DNA of 64,000 nt from Eledone cirrhosa (lineage: Eukaryota). The translations under genes were made by a program, and so were the position numbers. The DNA lies in the NCBI GenBank assembly GCA_964016885.1, contig OZ024742.1, forward strand, positions 275,714,001-275,778,000, written 5' to 3'. Positions 1 through 11,713 of the stretch are shown here, in pieces (the first letter of the stretch is position 1; each line of letters opens with the position of its first letter). A model generated the notes under the pieces. That model was not told the DNA's origin. It saw only the letters and a list, made by a program, of their open reading frames with translations, and did no database searches.

Positions 1-1110
1 CTCAAAATGGTGGAAATTGTGTTGGGAAGTGGATTGGAGAAAAAACTTGTAGCAGATTGTCTATTAAACAGTACTGTTCAAAGGAGAATCAGAGACATGG
101 CCAATGACATTAAGGATCAAGTCTGCCACATTTGGCTTATTTTAAATTCAACTCGAAGAATCAACTGATGTGCCATCGTGTTCCCTGTTGATGGTGTTTG
201 CAAAGTATGTGTATTCAGGTTCATTTAAAGAAGAGTTTCTCTTTTCATCTCATCTTGAAACAACTACCAAGGATTCTGGTATTTTGCAAAAGGTTTCATC
301 TTTCCTTGAATCAGAAAATCTTTTGTGGAGTAATATCTACGGGTGCTGTACAGATGGAGCACCAGCTATATTGAGTACAAAACCAGGATTTCAAGTTTGT
401 GTGAAAAGCGAACTCGAAAAGTGAAAGGCACTCATTGTATAATCCATTGTCAGACACTGGCCTCCAAAACACTTCCAGGTTGATTATCAATCCATACTGT
501 TCAAAGGCGGATCAGCGACATGGCCATTGACATCAAGAATCAAGTTGTGCAGGATATCAAGTCTGCAGTATTAGGCTTATTTTCAATTCATCTTGTGGAA
601 TGGATCATGCACCTTGCCTATTTGGTTGATATTTTTGAGCAACTGAATAAACTGAATCTTCAGATGAAAGGAAGGAATACAAATATCATAAAATTTGTGG
701 ATGCTTTGAAAGCTTTCATGAGCAAACTGGAAAATTGGGAGAGAAAGATCAATATCAAAAATGTTGCAATGTTTCAGAAGCTGTCATCTGTTGTTATTGG
801 TGGTGGTGAAGACCAAGTGCTTCCACAATTTGTCAAAAATGAAATTTTGTAGCATTTGTCATCAGTGGAAAATGAATTCAGCCAATATTTTCCTGAACTC
901 AGTGATGATTTGGATTTAATGAAAAATCCATTCAAATTGTCAATTGAAAAAGTTCCCAATGATTGTCAAGATGAATTTCTGGAGCTGAAAACTGAATCAG
1001 GAGCAAGAGATATGTTCAATGCGAAATGAATCACAGAATTTTGGTCCTTCATGTGCGATTCCTACCCAAAAGTGGCAGAAAGAACAATCAGTGCATTGCT
1101 TCCATTTGTG
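1..1110 (+). mobile_element. Decayed hAT (Buster/Charlie, ZBED5/ZBED8/FAM200-like) transposase relic, copy 1
   Basis: Fragmented ORFs with motifs QLEESTDV, FKEEFLF, CTDGAPA, HCIIH.Q.LASK, LAYLVDIFEQLNKLNLQMKG and YPKVAERTISALLPF; many stops and frameshifts. Confidence 0.9.
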
Positions 1111-2455
1111 AGTCAGGAAGCTATCAACCACTTCTATAGATCCTACCTGCATTTGAAAAATGTGTCTATCACTGCGACTTCTGCTGTCAAATTTCACTGC
1201 ATATGTAGTTTTCCCTACCTGTTAGCTTGCCAGCTATCAACACTTTAGTCTTAGCTAGGTACCCTCTGTCCTCTTGATTCCAACTGCTGTTTCCATAGCC
1301 AGAATTTATTCCCTAGCTCCTCTACTGATTCTGCTATAAGTACCAGATTGTCAGCATAGAGAAGTTCCCATGGGCAGCCAGTCTTAAACTCCTCTGTTAT
1401 GGCTTGGAGAACTATAATGAATAAGAGTGGACTGATGATCAAAACCCTGATGCACTCCTACTTGTATCTGGAATTCCTCACTAAACTCCATTCCTACTCT
1501 CACTTTACTGACAGCACCTCCAGCTTGCACTGTCATCACAAGCCATTCCTCCACACCTAGTTTCTTTAGGGTCCACCAGATGATAGATTGGGGTACTCTA
1601 TCAAAGGCCTTCTCTAGGTCAACAAAAGCTAAATATAGTGGCTTATTCTTCTCTAAGAACCTCTCTTGTAGTAGTCTCACTAAGAAGCGGGCATTTGTGG
1701 TACTTTTCACAGGCACAAAACCAAACTGCATCTCATCTAACTTGATCCTTTCTTTAATTAATTGTGCTAGCAGTCTTTCTGTCACTTTCATAATCTGATC
1801 CATCAGTTTTATGCCCCTATTATTGCTCCTCTCCAGAGCATCCCCTTTACCTTTGTAGCAATTTATAAGAATACTGCTGCACCAGTCTTTGGGTATGACT
1901 CCACCATGTATAGCTTGATTGATTGTGTGTGCAACCAGTTTAGTTCCTACTTCTTATGATGCCTTCAGCATCTCAGCAACTATCCATCGGTCCAGCGGCC
2001 TTACCACTTTTCATTTCCTAAATTGCCTCTTTGACCCTATATTCGTCAATCTCAATAGCTGGTCACTCTGTTGTGTCTACTGGGGTTAGTTTCTCTCTCT
2101 CCCATTCATTGTCAACATCCATCAGTCTCTCATAATAATGTTTGCAGGTCTCCTTTTTCTGAGCATCAGTGACACCAGCATCATTTCGAACCCACTTATC
2201 TCTGACAACATCCTGATTTACACTGACACACCGCCTTGCAATACAGAACACCGCACGTCTCTGATCTGCTCATTGCAAAACATTGGCAAACCTCCTAGTC
2301 TCAGTTTCCCTACGTGCTAAGTACACCTGACGTCTAGCCTCTCTTTTAGCGGGTGAGTATCGGTCTCTACTCAGCCCATTTTTCCAAGCCTTCCATGCTA
2401 CTCTTTTGTCTTTAATGGTTCTATCTACTGTGCTGTTTCACCACCAGGTCACCCT
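1111..2455 (-). mobile_element. Decayed RTE-clade LINE fragment (RT region)
   Basis: Minus-strand ORFs DEMQFGFVP..STT, AFVDLEKAFDRVP and CPWELLYADNLVLIAES; paralog at 50385-51790. Confidence 0.9.
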
Positions 2456-3289
2456 CTGTCTGGTTGGAGCTCTGCTCCAGCCATAGGTCTCTTCAGTAGC
2501 CTACATATACAGACATATATATATGTGTGCATTAGATAATTGGCTGGGATTTGAGGAGGATTTTGCTTGTATTTCTTGTAGATTGAGGTATCACATAGAA
2601 CCTTTCCTTTTGGCATCATACATAATACATACATAAGACAGTAAGGTAGGAATTGAAGGAAATTTGGTTGCTATTTCAAACAGATCTAACTACTACACAA
2701 TCTTACTTATACTACTTTATATAGCAGAGGTACCCAGGGATATTCTTCAACAGTAACACAGATTGCTTGTTTTGTTACCATTACTTGTCCTGTGATGTAG
2801 TAAATATATATATATGTAATTTAGAGTTGAAGCTGAGTGTAATCAATTAAGGCTTCAATCTGGTCATTAGCAAAACATGTATTAAGCATGATTATAAATA
2901 AAATATATTAAACGGAAACTTTGATCTCTCATTCTTAATATAAACCCTCTGTATAGTACACCAATAACAATGTCAATGCTAATACACACTTTTAACTACA
3001 AATATCCAATTCACATGTGTTGTCATGACAAAAAAACAAGCACCCTCTTTCACTTTGTATTTATCTTTTTCTTTCTTTATCTCCTTTTTCTCACTCCCTA
3101 CTTTGGAATATTTTCTTAGTTTGCACAGACATTAAAAGTTATTTCATTAAGAGAAAAAAAACAAACAGGTAATATATATATGTACATAATATCAAACACA
3201 CACACTCTCACAAATGCATGCACACACCCACACAGATATATGTTCACGTTAAGGGGTATACATTTAAATTACTGATTTCTGTCTTTTTG

Positions 3290-3900
3290 TTAGGTTTGGA
3301 GGAAGGAACTGTGCCCATAACCTTTACCAAGAGACTGGTGCTGTTTATTTTCAATTTCAATTGATCCAGGTTGACTCCTGCATGAAAGACATGTGCAGGG
3401 AATGAATTCCAGAGGGATGACATACTGGGGAGGAAAGGCTGAGTTTATTGGTTAGTGTGAGGTAATATAGGTGATGAGATCAGGAGAGATTATTGAGGCA
3501 GGAATGTCAGAGTACTGGTTGCTCCACCATTTATGAGGAGCAGAGGCCATTGTAGTAGCAATAGAAAAGACAGAGAGAGGTAACAGTATCTGTGGGCCAG
3601 AGGTGAGAGTGTGTCTGTCAGTAACTATGCCAATCAGACAAGTGACCTTTTTCTGGATAGGATGTTTGTGTGAGTGGTAGTAACATCATCCCAGAGGTGG
3701 GAGTTGTACTCCATTATAGGTGTTACTCAAACTTTGTAAAAGATCAAAAGTTGGTAAGGATTGAAGTAATTTCTGGCTCTGAAGAAAAGAATCAGTCTTT
3801 TAGATACAGTTGTAGCTATATTTAGGATGTACATTCGTCACAAGAATGAGGCCTAATATTTGGAAGGTACGTAAGGTCTCTAACTCTGTGCTGTTCACGT
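3290..3900 (-). mobile_element. Decayed CR1/L2/Jockey-group LINE 3' fragment
   Basis: Minus translation reads FRARNYFNPYQLLIFYKV*VTPIMEYNSHLW, resembling the post-RT region LYK..VRP.MEY.SH.W; partial paralog at 52590-52960. Confidence 0.6.
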
Positions 3901-4349
3901 TTAAGAGGTGTAGTGATATTTTAGTTTGATACACCTATAATCAAAATAACAAATGAACAATAACAATACAAATTAATAAGATGTTTCACTGATTTGGTTT
4001 CAGATATTCAACTTCCTAAAAGGTTTTGCAATCATATCAATCCCAATACTTATTTTTATAATCTTCATTTACCAAATTATCACATTATGGGACAACAGTA
4101 AGACTAGACATGAACAGATACACACAAATACACATACATTGAATATAACATGCTTCAAACAATATAATTATGCAGGGTTGCAATTACCCACTGACTGACT
4201 CATCTCTTTCCCAATCAATGTCAGGTACTACTACTAGTAAATATTAGTATATATATATATATACATGTTACTGCATGCTACAGAAGGCACAAGTGCATTT
4301 TATCATGACATCTGCACTAGCTACATTCTCATGTCTTTCACATATATAT

Positions 4350-5460
4350 GTATATCTCTACCTAGCATTTGTTGACCTGAAGAAAGCAATTGACAGGCTC
4401 CTCGCTCCATAAACTGGTGGGCTTTTAGGAAACTAAGGGTAGATGTATGACGTGTGAGTGAGGTACAAGTCATGTACAGTGGTGCAGAGACAGCAAAGTG
4501 AGAGTTAACAAGGTGTATAGTGAGGAATTTACCATGAATTTGGGGATCCACCAGAGGCCCTCTATCCTCAGCCCTCTCAAGTTCATTATTGTCAACCAAG
4601 CCATGACACAGGAGTTTAAGACTAGCTGCTCATGGGAATTCCCATATGTTGATGAAGTAATTATTGTAGCTGAATCTGCAGCAGAATTAGAGAAAAAACT
4701 TCTGACTTCAAAGCAAACCTCAAACCAAAAGACCATAAAGTCAACTCGGCAAAAATTAAAGTGCTACAAACTAGAAAAAAAAAACAGAGCCCTGATTCCA
4801 TCAGGGAAATGGTTGTGCTCAGTATGCAGAAAAGTATCAGGATGAAATTCTATTATATGTAACAAATGTAAACTATGGATACACAAGAGATATGGTGGGA
4901 TCTCTTGCAGGCTAGCAAAGACTGCCGGGTTCACATGAAGAAACCTCTATCAAATGCTCCATAAAAGTAATCGACTGCTTCTGTTACTTAGGTGACCAAA
5001 TATCAGTGAAGATGGGTGTTCTAAAGGTACAGTAGCCAGAGTGTGAACTGGGTTCAGACAACTACTATCAGTGCTGGTTACAAAGCGTTTCTTGCTCAGG
5101 GTGAAAGGCAGATTCTATGATGCCTGTGATGAACTGCTATGCTGAATGGGATGAAAAAAGCACCCAGTCCATCCTGTAATTTCACGGTGCTGGTAACATG
5201 ACAAAATCACCCAGTTCACCTTGTAAGGTTGAAGTGCCAGTGCAATGACAAAAGCATATAGTACACTCAGTATGGTACAGTTGCCATGAAAAATGCTCCC
5301 AGTACACTATAATGTGGTTGGTGATAGGAAGAGCATCCAGCCATAGAAACCAAGCAAAAAACAGAATGTACGAGCAAGACATGATCACTTGACTTGTCTA
5401 GCGACAGAATGTGATAACCAATCTAACCAATAGAAGCATTGGAAATGAGGATGATGATAT
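4350..5460 (+). mobile_element. Highly decayed RTE fragment plus RTE/SINE-type 3' tail
   Basis: Relics YLAFVDLKKAIDR, QEFKTSCSWEFPYVDE and PSGKWLCSVCRK; tail ggttggtgataggaagagcatccagcc...gatgatga. Paralog at 53180-53880. Confidence 0.8.
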
Positions 5461-5467
5461 ATGTATA

Positions 5468-7085
5468 TGGAGCGATGCTACTTGCTTTTGGCATATTGAT
5501 AATCTATTCACACATGATTTGGCTAAGTGAGGCGCACGAATATATATTTCAACTTCCGCCCAAACAAAGATTTTCCTGCTTCTGTGGTTAACACTATCTC
5601 AGTTGTTGCTTTAATCGCTGAAAGGAAAAGACACTATTATGTAATGGTGAGATTTTCACTTTGGCTTGGCACAACGCCACTCTTACTTCTTGGTTCTTAA
5701 TTTTGCTTATATCTTTTTGAACGGCATGCCTGCATAACTTCTGTAATTTAGTTGTAAAAAAAAACATGTAAAAATGTTATCGTGGACTTACAACTATCTC
5801 AACAAACATTCACTTCTCTCACACATAATATACGTTACATTTCTAGCCATAACAAATAGCCTAACAACTCCTCGTGTTCTAAAAGCAACAACACGCAGCC
5901 TTCTTATCTATATATTAATTTCAACAATGTCAGTATTCCGTGTGTCATAATTCTCGATTATCATTGGTTCATAGGTTTCAAACGACTCCGCCCACCTCAA
6001 CAACACCAAACTTAAATTAATATGCATAATGCCAATGAGGGAGTGAGAGGGGAGAATAAGAAAAAGAGAGGCAAAGTGAATGCTGTAACTATTACCATGT
6101 GTGCATGTGTATGTACGTGCGCATATGTTTATGTGTGTGCGCGTATATGTTTGTGTACGTGCACATATGTTTATGTGTGTGTTTATGTAGCGTTCCACAG
6201 AAAGTAAAAGCAATTCGACTTTATCAAACAGTGAACTACAGCAGGTACGGCGTACAGCCAGGAATGAAGAAAAACAGGCTGAACAGCGCCATTGGAACGC
6301 CAAACTTCAGAGGCGAAGACGTGCCGCCATGAATGAAGAGGAGCTGGCTGAACAGCGCCAACGAAACACTGGAGCCAAGCAGCGATGGCGTGCTGCGATG
6401 GTTGAAGATGAACTGGCTGAGCATCATCTTTTATATTAATTATCTATATCTACATCTACATATAATATAAAAGATTGGAATTTCCATCATCCTTTTGAGA
6501 AACGTGGAACAACCACGTCTATGCAATGATACACGTTTTACAGTCAGGCAGAAGATGAACCATCTCCTAGAGGTCACTATTCTAGGTGGGAGCACCTAGA
6601 ATTGTTCATATACTATGCACAAATGGTACAATGAAGAATCTTGTATATCTGGAAGATTTATTTTACTGTTTTTTGTATCACACAGACACCACGGACTCGC
6701 CTCATACTATAACCAGACAAACATCCAATACAGTCATTTTCTCTTTTACCTGTCTTCTCTTATCATCTGTTTACCCGGGCGAAGCTGGGTACGTCAGCTA
6801 GTTAATATTATGCCAACATAGCATAATATTTTTTTTCCAATTTTGTTTATATCTTTTTCTTAATTTTGTTTATATCTTTTTGAACGGCATGCCTGCTTAA
6901 CTTCTGTAATTTAGTTGTAAATAAAAACATGTAAAAATATTATCGCGGACTTACAACTATCTCAACAAACATTCACTTCTCTCACACATAATATACGTTA
7001 CATTTCTAGCCATAACAAATAGCCTAACAACTCCTCGTGTTCTAAAAACAACAACACGCAGCCCTCTTATTAATATTATGCCAAC
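5468..7085. mobile_element. 1.6-kb insertion of an unclassified element with an internal ~215-bp tandem duplication, flanked by a 59-bp direct repeat
   Basis: 5409-5467 ~ 7086-7144; unit B has one copy of this repeat and no insert (about 53835-53890). 5695-5906 ~ 6855-7069. An inverted relative lies at 20800-21030. Confidence 0.7.
5907..6801 (+). mobile_element. Non-autonomous Helitron
   Basis: 5' TCTATATATTAA; 3' hairpin ACCCGGGCGAAGCTGGGT followed by CTAG (6798-6801); inserted at A|T with no TSD; empty site TCTTA|TTAATATTATGCC at 7069/7070. Confidence 0.88.
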
Positions 7086-8239
7086 ATGTGATAACCAATC
7101 TAACCAATACAAGCATGGGAAATGATGATGATGATATATGTATACATATATTATATCTGTGAAACACACATACTCTTACCATCCCCTTTCCACAATCTGA
7201 TCCAAGTTTTAATAAGTAAATGTCTTTTAGTTCTCTCTCTCAACACACATGCTGACCACTCCATTTCCATTAGGATGTGAAATTGAAAAATAAAAACTTG
7301 TGGCTGCTGTCTCTTGCAGATAAACTCTTACCATCCCTTTTCCACAGCATAATCTATTGTTACCACTTTAATATTATATATATTATAACATATGTTCTAA
7401 TAAATCTATTGAATTAGCTATTATCCTTGTCAATAATGAAAAATATTTCTACTGGCAACTAACTAAGGGTTTCCTTCTGCCTTTCTTTTCTATCTATGTT
7501 GCCATGCCTGATATTGAAACATGGGACTGTGTCATTAATCAGGTCACAGAGGTGCAACAAATTCTGACACACTATTAAATAAATGAAAGGTGGACATTTT
7601 TGTACATATAACATGAAGCACTACAGATATGTCCAACCCATAGCAGCATTAAGCATTAAGCCAACAAGATGGTAAAATGATAATGCATACTGTCACCATG
7701 CAATGATCACCCACTCTACAGAGTGTACTAAGTGTATTTCATTGTGGTACCAGCACTAGGGATGTTGCTATGTCCTTAAGACTAAAGAATACACTCTACC
7801 CTATGTTATAAACGTACTTTACTTGGTGTATTTTATTGTGGCTCTAGCAGTAAATACTATAAATGAAACAACAAACAATTCATTGATGGGATATATACCA
7901 AATAATATTTACACCAGAATATACATGAATGTATAGTCATTATCACTTTAACATCTGTTTTCCGTGTTTGCATGGGTTTGAAGAGTAATCACATTATGAG
8001 CCTGCCTATTTTTAGTTTCATTTTCTTCAGCTGGATACCCTTCCTCATGCCAACTACATTACAGCATGTAATGGGAGATTCCTTGTGGCACCAACACTAC
8101 CATTTTGCATATTGCACTGGGTGCTTTTTGTTGTGTCACCAGCATACCCTAAAGGATGGACTGAGTGCTTCTTGTAATTTTGGCACAAACCTTACCAGAT
8201 GAAAATATTTACACATATATATATATCATCATCACTAAA

Positions 8240-10135
8240 GAAGTGATGATATATCATCATCACTTCTTTGTCTGCTAGCAAGGATTGAATATGAATGGCG
8301 AATTCTTCATTTGCGAAGACCAGTCGGAAGAATTGTTGTCCTGTTCCATGTAGAGGCACACCCTGAAGTGGCTGTAGAATCCAATCCTGGACCCATAGGC
8401 TCTGGTACAGTTGGGGTAATGTGTACTTGGTCAGTTGGTGGTTGGGTGGTGGACAGCTTTCTTCTTTGATGTTTGTCTTCAGCTACTGCCTTCCTGTGCT
8501 CCTCAAAGCTGACTGCAGCTCTTTTCATGGTCGATCTGCATTTCTCTCCGTCTTCTGCCAAATATTCCCATCCCCTATTGCTTTGGACCAATGGTTGCTT
8601 GAGTTGGTCTTCAAAGCGTATTTGGGGCTGCCTTGCTGTAATTCGCTGTAGAAAACTACCTTTGGTATCCTAGAATGGTTCGTGCTCAAGATACAACCTG
8701 CCCAGCAGAGCTGTCCCAGCATCAGCATGCTCTCAATGCTTGTGATATTGGCCCTCTTAAGAACTTCCTTGTTTGTTACAGTCCTGCCAAAAGATGCCCA
8801 TGATGGAGCGAAGGCATCGCTGATTGAATCTTTCCAGTAGCTTGATCTGCTTCCGGTACAGGACCCAGCTTTTAGTTCTGTAGAGGAGAGTAGTGATTAC
8901 AAGAGCTCTGTAGACTATGATCTTTGTGGTGAGGCATAGAGAGTAGTTCTGCTACACGCGTTTCTGCAAGTGTCCAAATAAGCTGCTGGCCTTGGCAATG
9001 CAGTTGTCAATGTCCTTTGCTGATGTAGCGTCATTAGTAATAATATTTTCCAAGTATGCAAAGTGCTCCACTGTACTGAGGGGGTGCCCATCGATGTTAA
9101 TCTGTGGAGGGTGGTACACTTCATTTGCTGGCTTCTGGGACATGACTTCAGTTTTCTTGAGGCTGATGGTCAAGCCAAAGTCTTTGGCAGCCCAAGCAAA
9201 GCTGCTGTCAGCTACCTGGACATCTTCCTCCATAAACATTGGAAGGGCAGTCATCTGTGAACAACAGATACAGGATCAACTCCTCCAGTGTTTGGTGCAG
9301 GAGAGCAGACATCGCACTTTGAATACATTCCCATCAGTACGGAACCGGATGCAAATGCCCTCCCACAGAACTTTGCTTTGCAGAGCAATATTGCTGAAGA
9401 AGATTGCAAATAGGGTTGGTGTAAGGAGACACCCTCGTTTCACGCCATTCTCGAGTTGTTGGAGCATGGCCAGGAATTTTGGCATCCAAGTCTGCTGAGG
9501 ATCTTGCACAGTCCATCCCTACTGACTGTGTCAAATGCCTTCATCAGGTTAATGAAGGCAGTGTACAAGGCCATATTTTGCTCTCTACATTTTTCTTCGA
9601 TTTGGCAGAGGACAAATATCATGTCTGTGGTGCCACAGTTGGTACAGAATCCACATTGGCTCTCTGGGAGGACATCCTCTGCAATGGATGGGATGAGTCT
9701 ATTGTGCAAGACACAAGCTAGAATTTTGCTTGCAGTTGAGAGTAACATGATGCCACAGTAGTTTGAACAATCTGATCTTTGGCCTTTGTTCTTGTACAGA
9801 GACACTATCATGGCATTTTGGAGGTCTGTTAGTATCTCTACCTTTGACCAGCACTGTAGAAACATGTCCGTGAGCTTCTCAAGGAGTGAGCCATTGCCAT
9901 ACTTGTACACCTCAGCGGAAATACTGTCAACACCAGAAGCCCTGTGTGTTTTCAGATGGGTGATTGCAGTCTTTACCTCCTCTAGTGAGGGTGATGCATC
10001 CAGCTCACTTTTCACTTGCTGCTGTGAGATGTTGTTGATCGAAATGTCTGCTACCGGGCGTTTGTCTCCAAATATGTTGCCTTAGTGTCCAGTCCAACAG
10101 TTCAGGATGGCCTTTGTGTCTGTGAGCAGTGCTGA
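8240..10135 (-). mobile_element. Decayed 5'-truncated RTE-BovB-like LINE
   Basis: ORFs LPESQCGF...TTDMIF, KAFDTVSRDGL, GVKRGCLLTPTLF, FGLTISLKKTEVM and RIPKVVFYSEL; (GAT)n tail at the left end. Confidence 0.9.
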
Positions 10136-11074
10136 ATGGAGAGGGGCTTGTGTTTGGTGAATAGGGCCATATACCTCCCTAAGTGCCTCATAGAAGGCTC
10201 CGGTCTTGCAAAGATTGAACGGGTCTTTATACATGCAGTCAGTACTCAAATGGAGCTAGTGGCCTCTCTGATGGGCCGTAGTCTTCCGTTTCACTTACTT
10301 GCATTCCCACAATCTACTGGCTGGTCAGGTGGATCAGATTTGCTTACAAAATGTTACTATGCTCTAATGAGTACATTTCATCCTGGCACCAGCATTAGTG
10401 AGTTTATCATGTTTTGATACAACCTTATGTTTGTCAGATTTTCAACAGCTCGTGATTCTTACAGTATATTGGGTGCCTTTATTGTTTAATCACCAACAAT
10501 AGGGGGAGGGGGGCTGTTATATCATTGACACAGCTGAAGAGTCCTCATGACCCATTATTTGGCAAGTTGTCCACAGCTGGATCTTCTTATCATGAACCAC
10601 TTTACAGAATATACTGTGTGCGTTTATCATGTACATCACCACCACTAGAGAGGTTTCCATGCCCTTGTAACAACTGGAGAATCCACTCTACTCTTTCGGC
10701 ATAGCTTCTACCATGGGTCTACTGGGTGAATTTCTTGTGGTATCAGTAGTAGTGATGTGTTGGTCATTGTTTCAGCTGATGAGACTTCCATATTCTACAG
10801 GAGGAGGGTGAAAAAAGTATATGTGTATATGACAAGGGTGGAGTAGTGCTAATGTGGATGGGTGACCTCTAGCAGCATGAGGTTCTGTGATAAGAATTAC
10901 TGAGAGAGGCAGAGGGTTTATGATAGGTGTATTATAGTGGTGTGTGGGGATATCAAATTTGAATCTGAATATTGTATAATGAAATATTTTCTTTTATGTT
11001 TGAATATATATTTCTAACATCTGATTTATAAGAATACATTTCTAAGCTATTTATTCATAATGTAAAATATTACC

Positions 11075-11350
11075 ATCCTTTTAAGTCTGCTTTCCCATAC
11101 TTACATGGTTTGGATGGAACTTTTCCAGTTGTTGTGTTCCTTTGTCATCTACTCTGTCAGATGCAGCATTTTGAAATATGCTATCATCACTTCTGCCCAG
11201 GTCTCCCTCCACTGCAGTTTCCTTCCACTCAGATTTCTTCACCCAGTGATCACCATCTGTACACATAATGTATCCACACCATCACAATTCTTTCTCTTGC
11301 ACACTGCATCTGATTACTTTTATACACACCCAATTAATCTATGCTTCTAG
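11075..11350 (-). mobile_element. Short decayed RTE 3' fragment
   Basis: Minus translation G.GYIMCTDGDHWVKK...AVEGDLG resembles the RTE C-terminus. Confidence 0.55.
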
Positions 11351-11544
11351 AAATATGTTAGATAGAAAACAAATATGTATTGTGAAAGAATAATTTTATT
11401 AAAAATATCACAATAGTAAATTATTTCACCAATGTAGATATATTTGTGGTTATATAAAAGATAGTTTTAGAAGGTTATTATCAAACATTGTAATATCTTC
11501 TTTTTTATAGAATGTCTTTTGACATTGATATGGTTATACTTCTG

Positions 11545-11713
11545 TATTAAGAGACATTTTTTACAGAATCATTTAGCACAGATATCAAAACTCTTGGAAA
11601 GTAGATGTCAAACAATGATGATGATGATGAAAATGTCATAGCTTCTCTCCAGTATGAACACATATCTATTTAGTTAAAACACAATTTCTAGAAAATATCA
11701 GTGATGTAAATTT
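11545..11713 (-). pseudogene. Two decayed C2H2 fingers downstream of the ZNF stop codon (3' UTR)
   Basis: Minus reads FSRNCVLTK*ICVHTGEKL*H...DICAK*F; the paralog at 55385-55548 reads HTGEKL*H...DICGKSF. Confidence 0.7.

Noticed and set aside
10528-10585. Hammerhead-like CTGAAGAG motif
   Set aside because: There is no matching GAAA core or stem III.
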